Origin: Candidatus Woesearchaeota archaeon | GTDB lineage: Archaea; Nanobdellota; Nanobdellia; Woesearchaeales; UBA525 | Assembly: GCA_018221245.1 (NCBI GenBank) | Contig: JAAOYH010000027.1 | Location: forward strand, 1-39,005 | Length of the DNA: 39,005 nt | Direction of reading: 5' to 3' | Shown: positions 26,301 through 33,183 of the stretch, piece after piece | Layout of the letters: the number at the start of each line of letters is the position of its first letter | How positions within the stretch are numbered: position 1 is the stretch's first letter | The notes under the pieces: model-generated | Told to the model about the DNA's origin: nothing | Seen by the model: only the letters and a program-made list of their open reading frames with translations | Database searches by the model: none | Position numbers and translations under genes: made by a program

Positions 26301-26413
26301 CCTTCCAGCTAGTGAGTTGCGCAGAGGACACAATCCCACACGTAAGACTTGTAGAGTACAACGGAAAAATCTACAAGCTCGTAGTATTATCTTACAGAAA
26401 GTGCGAGGTCTAG
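23393..26413 (+). CDS. large secreted cysteine-rich repeat protein
   Basis: 1006 aa. Signal-like MRLWHIGLLVFFVLFVVSLLPQDVTA. About 96 Cys by hand count. Repeated Cys modules. A CarboxypepD_reg-like segment near nt 25745-25870. No C-terminal hydrophobic anchor. Confidence 0.75.
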   Translation: MRLWHIGLLVFFVLFVVSLLPQDVTALRYCKVNSCPIEDHACYDSKPAECNDAYPDGCLANDGTNPAGWEGRCECPGNNPNACLNEAFDLDIYCTCYCAYTICPDGSCGRGYGDFCSNDNDCCGALACVAGKCGETSPSGCIVNTEIPGNACGICGNEILKCDLFGEWQYDKCDDPCDDGGGDPSVCPTVGDSCNFGTGVTRDNDGECYCDCNGGLTQRSYKTDKNWYVEDPPDMCLRDPADICCSFDQCAYGDGCYVPGQTHARDLNPDRFLCSDVRPDGTGTTCGANDVPQMFKCTNAHVGDEITITSNTGADAIYNDVYCCDKDASGTLFWNQGGCGVPTCDLDTDCEPPGEHCGNCADCACPTSADPATNTECCGSACFDTQTDKDHCGSCDNPCADDEVCQGGFCVSPPTCPDGVPDPGENCFNCPADVGCGGTCCNDGTCVDITSDPNNCGVCYLTCESNEVCSGSDCVCAPGFTNKRYKAGFNYQVWNNEDIQRRQFAGTYDLCCDAGNQCVGGDGACYSVSTFMNSERTSVCEDKTHVYPLYPDLGPTEAYCGPYPSINTLGFKVNEGKRLKFIDLGNEEYCCSMYSSGPRINQYGFGDGGLANKSETNGPRDQSPNDHCWDGSNNDCSIEAPGDYDQTTDYDGYTMGRVISNKAKMGDPNCEVNLDSISAPDTVTGDAACISPISVTCRAGVENVTSVKARIGAVACIADSAFTVVEDPMNQLEGWDGKDRHFLCTVPSGPGPVTAECYVDSEFSASAVGRDSRTKSINILCDADISGTVRDTKTGDIIVDATVNASRGGVVEASVTTDASGEYTLSIMLGEKYNYTAYAEYYYDTDQKNDIVLQDSIANFDFWLSPEECQKECTLFGICNLNECLGTNECALSGKPGPNDDAFDKYSNEVCVGPPFGTYCGDSEGFEKEVIRICEQTDAGKSFDFADGLRIRCCGSKFGDIFLPSEETTPFQLVSCAEDTIPHVRLVEYNGKIYKLVVLSYRKCEV

Positions 26414-27849
26414 TACTGTCTACTAAAGTACGCCTTGTAAGCAGCCTTCTTCCCACACTTAACACAAACCTCGTCAGTCACCTTGCTGTCCGAGAAAGGA
26501 ATACATCTAGAAGTAACGCCCTGGGTCTCGTCCTTGATAGAGAGCTCACACTCTTCAATACCGCAATGAGGCGTAAGGATGAGCTTCTTCTCCTTGTCTG
26601 CAACAAGGAAATCCTCCCATGTGGAGACATAAGTCTTCTTAGATTCCATAACCTGTTTCGCCTTTGCGAAAAGATTGGTCTGTATCACATCCAATAAGCG
26701 ACGCACTTCATCCTGGAGATCAAGCCACTTCACAACAATCTTCTCGCCAGTGTCGCGTCTTACAAGAACCACATTCTCATTCTCAATATCCCTAGGGCCT
26801 ATCTCCATGCGTAGAGGCACGCCAAGAAGCTCGTACTGATTATACTTCCAACCCATAGAGTACTCGGTCCTGTCATCCAAGATAGGATTATATTTTTTCA
26901 GTTCAGAAGCTATCTCTTTAGCCTTGGCGATAGTCTTCTCATTTACAGAATCATCCTTCACAAAGATGGGGACTATAGCGACCTTCTCCTCAGCCATAGA
27001 GGGAGGGATCACCATTCCTTTGTCATCTCCATGAGTCAACACAAGAGCACCCAAAAGCCTAGTAGATATGCCCCAGCTGTTTTGCCACGGAGTGCTCACT
27101 TTCTCGTTCTCATCAAGGAAATTAATATCGAATGCCTTTGCAAAATTCTGTCCAAGCATGTGAGATGTTCCCATCTGCAAAGCTTTCCCGTCAGGCATGA
27201 ACCCCTCTATTGCGTAGCTCCTTACTGCTCCCGCGAACGTCTCTGCCTTTGTCTTTTTCCCAGTAAGTACAGGAACTGCAAGAAGCTCTTCCGCAACTTT
27301 TCTGTAGTACTCAAGTATCACTCGAGCGTCCTGGTCGCACTCTTTTTCTGTGGCATAAACACAGTGACCCTCTTGCCACAAGAACTCTCTTGTTCTGAGG
27401 AATATCTTGGTATCCTTCACTTCCCAGCGAACAATATTGCACCACTGGTTTATCTTTAGAGGTAAGTCTCTCCATGAACGAATCCATCTTGAGTAAGAAT
27501 CATACATAATAGTCTCAGAAGTAGGCCTGATAGCATACCTTTCTTCGGAGTCTGCTTCCTGCTCTATCCAAGCAACTTCAGGCTCAAAGCCTTCAGCGTG
27601 CTCAGCCTCTTTGTCGAAGAAGCTCTTAGGAATAAGTAGAGGAAAATAAGCATTTTTTACTCCATTTGATTTGATTAATTTATCAAAAAAGTCCCTAATA
27701 GATTCCCAAAGAGCATACCCTCTAGGTCTAATCACCATGAACCCTCTAAGAGGTGCGTAGTCCGCAAGCTCAGACTTGAGAACAACCTGGCCGTACCACT
27801 CAGGCATATCCTCCTCTTTTTTTACAGTAATCCCTTTAGTATCCTTCAT
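26410..27849 (-). CDS. proS: prolyl-tRNA synthetase (archaeal/eukaryotic type)
   Basis: 479 aa with class II motifs, a C-terminal zinc-binding-type domain (CIPFSDS...CVKCGKKA) and a terminal Tyr, typical of the archaeal-type enzyme. Confidence 0.95.
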   Translation of the reverse strand: MKDTKGITVKKEEDMPEWYGQVVLKSELADYAPLRGFMVIRPRGYALWESIRDFFDKLIKSNGVKNAYFPLLIPKSFFDKEAEHAEGFEPEVAWIEQEADSEERYAIRPTSETIMYDSYSRWIRSWRDLPLKINQWCNIVRWEVKDTKIFLRTREFLWQEGHCVYATEKECDQDARVILEYYRKVAEELLAVPVLTGKKTKAETFAGAVRSYAIEGFMPDGKALQMGTSHMLGQNFAKAFDINFLDENEKVSTPWQNSWGISTRLLGALVLTHGDDKGMVIPPSMAEEKVAIVPIFVKDDSVNEKTIAKAKEIASELKKYNPILDDRTEYSMGWKYNQYELLGVPLRMEIGPRDIENENVVLVRRDTGEKIVVKWLDLQDEVRRLLDVIQTNLFAKAKQVMESKKTYVSTWEDFLVADKEKKLILTPHCGIEECELSIKDETQGVTSRCIPFSDSKVTDEVCVKCGKKAAYKAYFSRQY

Positions 27850-27869
27850 AGAACAGCCGGGCCCCTAGC

Positions 27870-27882
27870 CCATTTAAAAAAC
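27870..27882 (-). promoter_or_regulatory. TATA element upstream of proS
   Basis: CCATTTAAAAAAC is centred about 27 nt from the ATG at 27849, implying a leaderless or near-leaderless transcript. Confidence 0.5.
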
Positions 27883-27901
27883 TTATGAGAAAAAAGGAAA
27901 G

Positions 27902-28564
27902 CTAACAACTCAAGTCGTTGCAGCCTAGAGCCCAGATATCCACGATGTGCTCTGTCTGAGCCGAGTCATCAGGAATGCGTATCCAGATCCCTACCTCAAA
28001 CTGGTCAGTCGTCGCTACAACAAGGTTGTCGCATACACGAGCACCATTAGGGGTCTGCTCAGGAACCGCAGTCACGTCAGTCATGATTGAACCATTCTTT
28101 AGTCCACCTGAACAACTGCCCGGCTCTTCAGTCTGCCACACCTGGTACATCAATTCAGGCGCTACCGTAGAACCACCAATGAATCCTGTCGCGTTCTCAG
28201 AGAAGTTCAGGCTTACGTTAGCTATCAGGTTACCATCGTTCTCGATAGACAAGTTACTGCCCGTCTGGAATCCAACACAACCACTACCATCTGTTCCAGG
28301 AACCGAACCGTTCGTGCCCATAACACAGCTCGTGAAAGAACCATTGACATAGCCTGTTCCGAAGTCAACGGCATTGTTGATGAAACGGATTGATAGGCTG
28401 CTTATGATAGAGAAGTTCGAGTACCCTGTGCTCAAGTTATCTCCTGCACGGCCTGTAATGCCCAGATTGCTGATTTTGTTGAGGCTCAACATCGTCCCGC
28501 CTATAGATACTACTAGAGATACTAGGAGGAGCATTGCCAAGAGCTTATTAGAGTGTTCTACCAT
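27902..28564 (-). CDS. exported protein with an N-terminal signal/anchor
   Basis: LLAMLLLVSLVVSIGGTMLSL, then a Ser/Gly/Asn-rich beta-like sequence with many N-x-S/T sequons and paired Cys residues. Confidence 0.55.
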   Translation of the reverse strand: MVEHSNKLLAMLLLVSLVVSIGGTMLSLNKISNLGITGRAGDNLSTGYSNFSIISSLSIRFINNAVDFGTGYVNGSFTSCVMGTNGSVPGTDGSGCVGFQTGSNLSIENDGNLIANVSLNFSENATGFIGGSTVAPELMYQVWQTEEPGSCSGGLKNGSIMTDVTAVPEQTPNGARVCDNLVVATTDQFEVGIWIRIPDDSAQTEHIVDIWALGCNDLSC

Positions 28565-28626
28565 GATGTCACCACTAGAGTTTCAGCACCATGCCTGTTT
28601 AAAAAACTTTCTTAGAAAAAGAGCTA

Positions 28627-28860
28627 TTACTCCTCGGAAACGCGGGTTTTTACCTCACGAACCACATCGATAGGTATAACTCCCTGCTCCAACTCAATCT
28701 TCGCGATCTCAACAGGATTATACTTGATGCGCCTAAGCTCCTCTTCAGATAGCTTCACATTCATCGGCGCTCCTTGACTAATCTGGAGGGCGCGGCTACC
28801 TATAAGGCGAGCACGCTCGTACTTTGTAAGCATATCCTTTGGTCGCTCGACGATTTCCAT
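28627..28860 (-). CDS. rpoK: DNA-directed RNA polymerase subunit K (Rpo6)
   Basis: LTKYERARLIGSRALQISQGAP is the hallmark Rpo6/RpoK motif. Confidence 0.85.
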   Translation of the reverse strand: MEIVERPKDMLTKYERARLIGSRALQISQGAPMNVKLSEEELRRIKYNPVEIAKIELEQGVIPIDVVREVKTRVSEE

Positions 28861-28910
28861 GTTGGCTGGAACCCCATTCTGTTTATAAAGATTATGAAAG
28901 AAAAAAAGAA

Positions 28911-29708
28911 TTATTTCAACGCCTTCTCGAGATCCTTTCGCAGCTCGCTGGCCTTCTTTGTGGTCAGTTCAAGCATCTTCTCGATGTCCTCTATCTTGAG
29001 AGTGCCGTCGCCACCCTTCTGCATAGCGCAGATGGTGCCGTCAGCTAGCGTCGTCACAGTCAGACGAGAGTCAGCGATAGACAGTTCCTCGAACGTAGGA
29101 TCCATAACCAATACATCACCTATCTTGATGACAGTGATAGGTATAGGCATGCTGCTAACGGGAAGCATATCTCCCGTAGGCTCCGCCTTGTAGTCAGGCT
29201 TATCATCCTTCAAGGGCGGAAGCTTCGCACCCTTGAGAGCAGCAATCGCTGCAAGAGCTCCTATGTCTATCATGGTACCGTCAGCGTTTATAGGACATAT
29301 GTCCACGTTAACCAACCAGACCAGCTCTCCCTCACGGATGCACAGATCCTTCACGTTTATCGTGTCGCTCTCTCTGATTCCACGGTCGATGACCCTGGAT
29401 GTCTCGATAGCATTGATGCTCGGAGGTCCCGGCTCGAAGGCAGGGTTGCTCAATGGGAGCATCTCCGCATTAACTATCAGGACTCCTTTGTCAGGTGTAT
29501 CCGGATAAGGCGTGCCTGTCGAGAGCTTAACTCCTGCGATGACTTCAGAATCGCCGAACTTGACCCTTGCAGATCCCTCTGCGGTGGCCGTGACGTTTGT
29601 CTCTATGGTTATCTTGCGGTACTCTTCCGGCTTTCTGCCGTCCAAGCGGACACCCTTCTGGAGTGCTGCAATGATGTGTTCCTTGCTTGCGTAAATTTGC
29701 ATTTTCAC
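28911..29708 (-). CDS. rrp42: exosome complex component Rrp42 (RNase PH-like, inactive subunit)
   Basis: RLDGRKPEEYRKITIETNV...AEGSARVKFGDSEVIAGVK. Its position after rrp41 is as in the archaeal exosome operon. Confidence 0.85.
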   Translation of the reverse strand: MKMQIYASKEHIIAALQKGVRLDGRKPEEYRKITIETNVTATAEGSARVKFGDSEVIAGVKLSTGTPYPDTPDKGVLIVNAEMLPLSNPAFEPGPPSINAIETSRVIDRGIRESDTINVKDLCIREGELVWLVNVDICPINADGTMIDIGALAAIAALKGAKLPPLKDDKPDYKAEPTGDMLPVSSMPIPITVIKIGDVLVMDPTFEELSIADSRLTVTTLADGTICAMQKGGDGTLKIEDIEKMLELTTKKASELRKDLEKALK

Positions 29709-30415
29709 TCCTCCTTGCCGCCGTATCTGCCGGCGATTGCCTTTCGTTGAATGTCTGCTATGGTATCGAATGCGGACCAGCCGTCCTTGACACCCTTGAT
29801 GAGCTCTTCCTTCGTAATCTTCCCATCCATCTGGATTAGGGTGATCTCTCCGGTGCTCGGGATAACAGCCACAGGAATGTCTGCGACTTCACCCTCTGGG
29901 TGCGCCTCCTCTGCATAGTCCATGTCGACGACAAGTTTGTCATCCACCTTACCTACAGAGACTGCCGATACAACATCTTTCATCTGCATACCCGCGTCAG
30001 CGAGGGCCATGCTAGCCGCGCAGATACCTGCACAGCGAGAGCCCGCGTCTGTCTGAGGAAATACAACAAACACGTCCACAACCTTGTTCGGAAAATCGTC
30101 AAGGTTTAGGACAGGCAATAGTGCCTTCTGGATTACAAGATTAAGCTCCTTGCTTCTCCTAGAGGGACCTGGCCTGACCCTGTCTCCTGCTCCGGAGAAA
30201 GGCATCATGCTGTAAAATATCCTCAGGACTCCCTTTTCAGGATCCTGCATGAACCTGGGGTGTAGGTCTCGAGGACCATATACCGCTGCTATTGCTTCTG
30301 TCTTTCCTATCTTGAAGCGTGCGGAACCGTCGGCCATCTTGACAACGCCTGTTTCTGCCGTTATTGGTCTGGTCTCAGTCCATTTACGACCATCGTATCT
30401 TTTCGCGTATGTCAT
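29705..30415 (-). CDS. rrp41: exosome complex exonuclease Rrp41 (RNase PH-like)
   Basis: RYDGRKWTETRPITAETGVVKMADGSARFKIGKTEAIAAVYGPR and QTDAGSR motifs. Confidence 0.9.
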   Translation of the reverse strand: MTYAKRYDGRKWTETRPITAETGVVKMADGSARFKIGKTEAIAAVYGPRDLHPRFMQDPEKGVLRIFYSMMPFSGAGDRVRPGPSRRSKELNLVIQKALLPVLNLDDFPNKVVDVFVVFPQTDAGSRCAGICAASMALADAGMQMKDVVSAVSVGKVDDKLVVDMDYAEEAHPEGEVADIPVAVIPSTGEITLIQMDGKITKEELIKGVKDGWSAFDTIADIQRKAIAGRYGGKEE

Positions 30416-31302
30416 CTTCTGTCACCTCCTCTTGGTGGGCCGCGTCTTGGCGGCGGACCTCGCCTAGGGGGACCTCTCCTTGGAGGACCTCTAGGTCCGT
30501 CACGAGGGCCTCTGAATGAGCCTTCTCTCGGGGGCCTGCGCTCCTGGCGCTGCTGCTCCTCGAGTTCATGCTGCTTCTGGATCGCTTCCATGTCGATCTT
30601 CTTGCCAGTCTCTTTCTCGAGATAGGTCTTCACCCTTTCAGTGAGTCCAGGTACGTGGCTCTCGCGCTCTACCATATCGATTGCTCGGACTATTAGAACC
30701 TCTGACTCGGGACTTCCCGAGAGCCAGACTGTTCCGTTCTGTCCAACAGCTATCTCAGATTCGGTGGCCGCCTTTATCATGCCGACCATCGATCCGCGTT
30801 TGCCGATTAACCTCGGGACCTTCGCAGGGCTGATTGATATGAACTGTCCGCCTTTCAGCTTTCTCAGGCCTGGGCCTTTCATGCTCACATCTATCAGGTT
30901 CTGACTGGTCACCTGGGTAATCTTGCATACCACGTAATCGTTGATATCAAAGTACTCAGTTAGGTCATCGCCCTTCCTTATGAAGTCGAATGTCGCGTCC
31001 TTCAGCGGGATTACCGCCGAGTATCCGTGCCCTATGTCGACTCTCCAGCCGGACATCAGGACATCTACGACCTTTCCGATAACTACGTCGTCCTTCGATG
31101 GGAGGTAGGGACTCGCCAGAGGTGTGGTCTTCAGGACCTTTCCCTCAATGTGGAGCAAACCTACCTGGTTTGCGAGAATCTTGTCGCCTTGCCTGTACGT
31201 GCCTGCGCCTGGGAAGTATTCCATTCCCTCAGCGAGCACTTGACCTGGAGCAACAACTCCTCTGTCTTTTGCTAATAATTTGCTTTCTGTCATTTTTTTC
31301 AC
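30412..31302 (-). CDS. rrp4: exosome complex RNA-binding protein Rrp4 (S1 + KH) with an Arg/Gly/Pro-rich C-terminal tail
   Basis: S1 region (DVVIGKVVDVLMSGWRVDI) and KH (RLIGKRGSMVGMI). GTG at 31302, with an alternative ATG at 31293. The tail is RGPRDGPRGPPRRGPPRRGPPPRRGPPRGGDRR. Confidence 0.9.
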   Translation of the reverse strand: MKKMTESKLLAKDRGVVAPGQVLAEGMEYFPGAGTYRQGDKILANQVGLLHIEGKVLKTTPLASPYLPSKDDVVIGKVVDVLMSGWRVDIGHGYSAVIPLKDATFDFIRKGDDLTEYFDINDYVVCKITQVTSQNLIDVSMKGPGLRKLKGGQFISISPAKVPRLIGKRGSMVGMIKAATESEIAVGQNGTVWLSGSPESEVLIVRAIDMVERESHVPGLTERVKTYLEKETGKKIDMEAIQKQHELEEQQRQERRPPREGSFRGPRDGPRGPPRRGPPRRGPPPRRGPPRGGDRR

Positions 31303-32048
31303 TCTCTTAGTGTTTTCTCGTCAACTTTCTTGACCTCAACACCTCCATGGGTGCGTTTCGCGAGGTCATCGATGAAATCATTCTGCATGCCTGCGGGAAT
31401 CTCTACATATGCGAGCAGGCCGCCGTCGTTTAGCCAGTCAGTTCTCTTCAGGGTTCCCCATCTGGACAGTTCTCCGTACAGCTTCTGACCGTACTGGCTG
31501 CTCAGGTGGACCTGTAGCGTGACCATCTCAAGCCTAATCGGTATGATCGGCTGCAGATGCTTCACTATGTCCTGTATCTGGCTCTCGACATCTTTGTTGT
31601 AATCTATCTTGACTTTCGCCTCGTCCATCGCGAGCTCTATTCTCTGTCTCGGATGGGGGTTCCCTGTCTTCGGATCTATTGCGTATGCGTTTATGTGATC
31701 CAATATCTTGTTCTTCTTCTGTTCGCGGAGATCTGCCCTGTGGTCAGCGGATAATTGTATCTCTCCTTCAAGAATAAGCCTTGTCGCGACCTTCAAAGGA
31801 TCGTCCGTCTCGAAGACCATCTTTACAGCCTCCTCTGACGCCAGCTCTCCTTTCTTTGCGTTAGCCCAGATCTCTTCACTCCTGAGACATTCCCTAATTT
31901 CGGGTTTCGCTCCAGAAGATTTCTTGAAATCTAATGCTTCGTCCGGGTTGATGACGACCTCGAAGTGTTCTCCGTGTGTCTTCATCCAAGCAGTGTTCCA
32001 GTGGATACGCTCCTTCTCAAAGATTTTCTGCCTGCCATGTTCTACCAT
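31299..32048 (-). CDS. sdo1: ribosome maturation protein SBDS/Sdo1
   Basis: N-terminal FYSH-like HGEHFEVVINPDEALDFKK. Conserved operon position between psmA and rrp4. Confidence 0.88.
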   Translation of the reverse strand: MVEHGRQKIFEKERIHWNTAWMKTHGEHFEVVINPDEALDFKKSSGAKPEIRECLRSEEIWANAKKGELASEEAVKMVFETDDPLKVATRLILEGEIQLSADHRADLREQKKNKILDHINAYAIDPKTGNPHPRQRIELAMDEAKVKIDYNKDVESQIQDIVKHLQPIIPIRLEMVTLQVHLSSQYGQKLYGELSRWGTLKRTDWLNDGGLLAYVEIPAGMQNDFIDDLAKRTHGGVEVKKVDEKTLRE

Positions 32049-32052
32049 CCAA

Positions 32053-32766
32053 TCACCTCAGTTTCGCGATTTTATCTCGCGGTACCCTGCGCATCTTCTT
32101 GTCAGAGTCGGTTATGTGCGCGGCATCAACACGCTCGATGTCGAACGCGTCCCCTAGGAATTTCTTCAGGGACTTTATAGCGAGCTTCAGGCCTTCTTCG
32201 ACAGTCATAGAGTCCTTGTACTCCTTGTGGAGTACAGGCTGGATGTCTTCCTCTCCTTCTCCTATAACTGTGGCTTTCCACTGTGTGTAGGTGCCTGTAG
32301 GATCCGTCTGAAAAAGTCTCTTTCCTTCGTGATCGATGCCCGCTATGAGCATTCCCACTCCAAAGGGCCTGAGGCCTCCTCCTTGGGTGCAGTACTGGGC
32401 AAGATTGCCCAGGTCCTTAACTATGTTCAGGACATCTACTGGCGAATCAAAAGTTATTCTGTAGCCAGCAGCCTTCTCCTGCGCACGCTCAACTAATACA
32501 CGTGCATCTGAGAGAATGCCTGCTGCGGTGGTCATGATATGATCATCCACCTGCCATATCTTCTCGATAGCCTCTGGTATCACTAGCGAGTCTACGACTC
32601 GCTTGTCAGTGACTAGCAGGACGCCGTCCTTGCAGACGATACCTATCGCTGTGTTGCCTAGCTGGACTGTCTTCTTTGCGTACTCCACCTGGAGCAGCCT
32701 TCCGTCAGGGCTAAACATGGTGGTAGCTCGGTCGTACCCCATCATCTGGTGTTGCATCGGTTGCAT
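32053..32766 (-). CDS. psmA: proteasome subunit alpha
   Basis: YDRATTMFSPDGRLLQVEYA is the alpha-subunit signature. Confidence 0.95.
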   Translation of the reverse strand: MQPMQHQMMGYDRATTMFSPDGRLLQVEYAKKTVQLGNTAIGIVCKDGVLLVTDKRVVDSLVIPEAIEKIWQVDDHIMTTAAGILSDARVLVERAQEKAAGYRITFDSPVDVLNIVKDLGNLAQYCTQGGGLRPFGVGMLIAGIDHEGKRLFQTDPTGTYTQWKATVIGEGEEDIQPVLHKEYKDSMTVEEGLKLAIKSLKKFLGDAFDIERVDAAHITDSDKKMRRVPRDKIAKLR

Positions 32767-32767
32767 G

Positions 32768-33112
32768 TTATTCCTCCGTGAATCGCTTGGTTTTTGCGAG
32801 GATGCCTGACACTCCTTTTGTCTGGATTAGCACGCGAGTCTTGCCGATGTGCGTCACCATAGTGAGCGCGGCCTTGACCTTGTTTACGTGCTTATTATCC
32901 GTTCTTAGGATGCCTTGCTGTTTCGTTGTGTCATACGAGACCTGCAGCAATCCTGCTTCGGCAGCGCCGAACACCCCTAGGATGTCAGTGAGCCGGTGCA
33001 GGATCATGCGAGAAACGTCCTTGCCAAGCGGCTTAGACGTAAGTATCTGGTAAACGACGTATCGTTTCCGTTCCTTTAGCGTTGGTAGTAAGGGCCTCAT
33101 TGCCCGTCGCAT
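32768..33112 (-). CDS. rnp2: RNase P protein component 2 (Pop5 homolog)
   Basis: KERKRYVVYQI...GLLQV...GILRTDNKHVNKVKAAL pattern, in the conserved position upstream of psmA. I chose the ATG at 33112, which is preceded by GGAGG and by a TATA at 33151-33162. The ORF-track start is an upstream TTG. Confidence 0.75.
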   Translation of the reverse strand: MRRAMRPLLPTLKERKRYVVYQILTSKPLGKDVSRMILHRLTDILGVFGAAEAGLLQVSYDTTKQQGILRTDNKHVNKVKAALTMVTHIGKTRVLIQTKGVSGILAKTKRFTEE

Positions 33113-33150
33113 TCTCCTCCTATCTCGTACAGTCGGGTGGATAAACAGGG

Positions 33151-33162
33151 CGTTTAAAAAGG
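33151..33162 (-). promoter_or_regulatory. BRE/TATA element of the rnp2-psmA-sdo1-rrp4-rrp41-rrp42 operon
   Basis: Minus strand CCTTTTTAAACG lies between the lysS stop and the rnp2 start. Confidence 0.5.
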
Positions 33163-33183
33163 TTTCGAGAATAAACAAGGACT

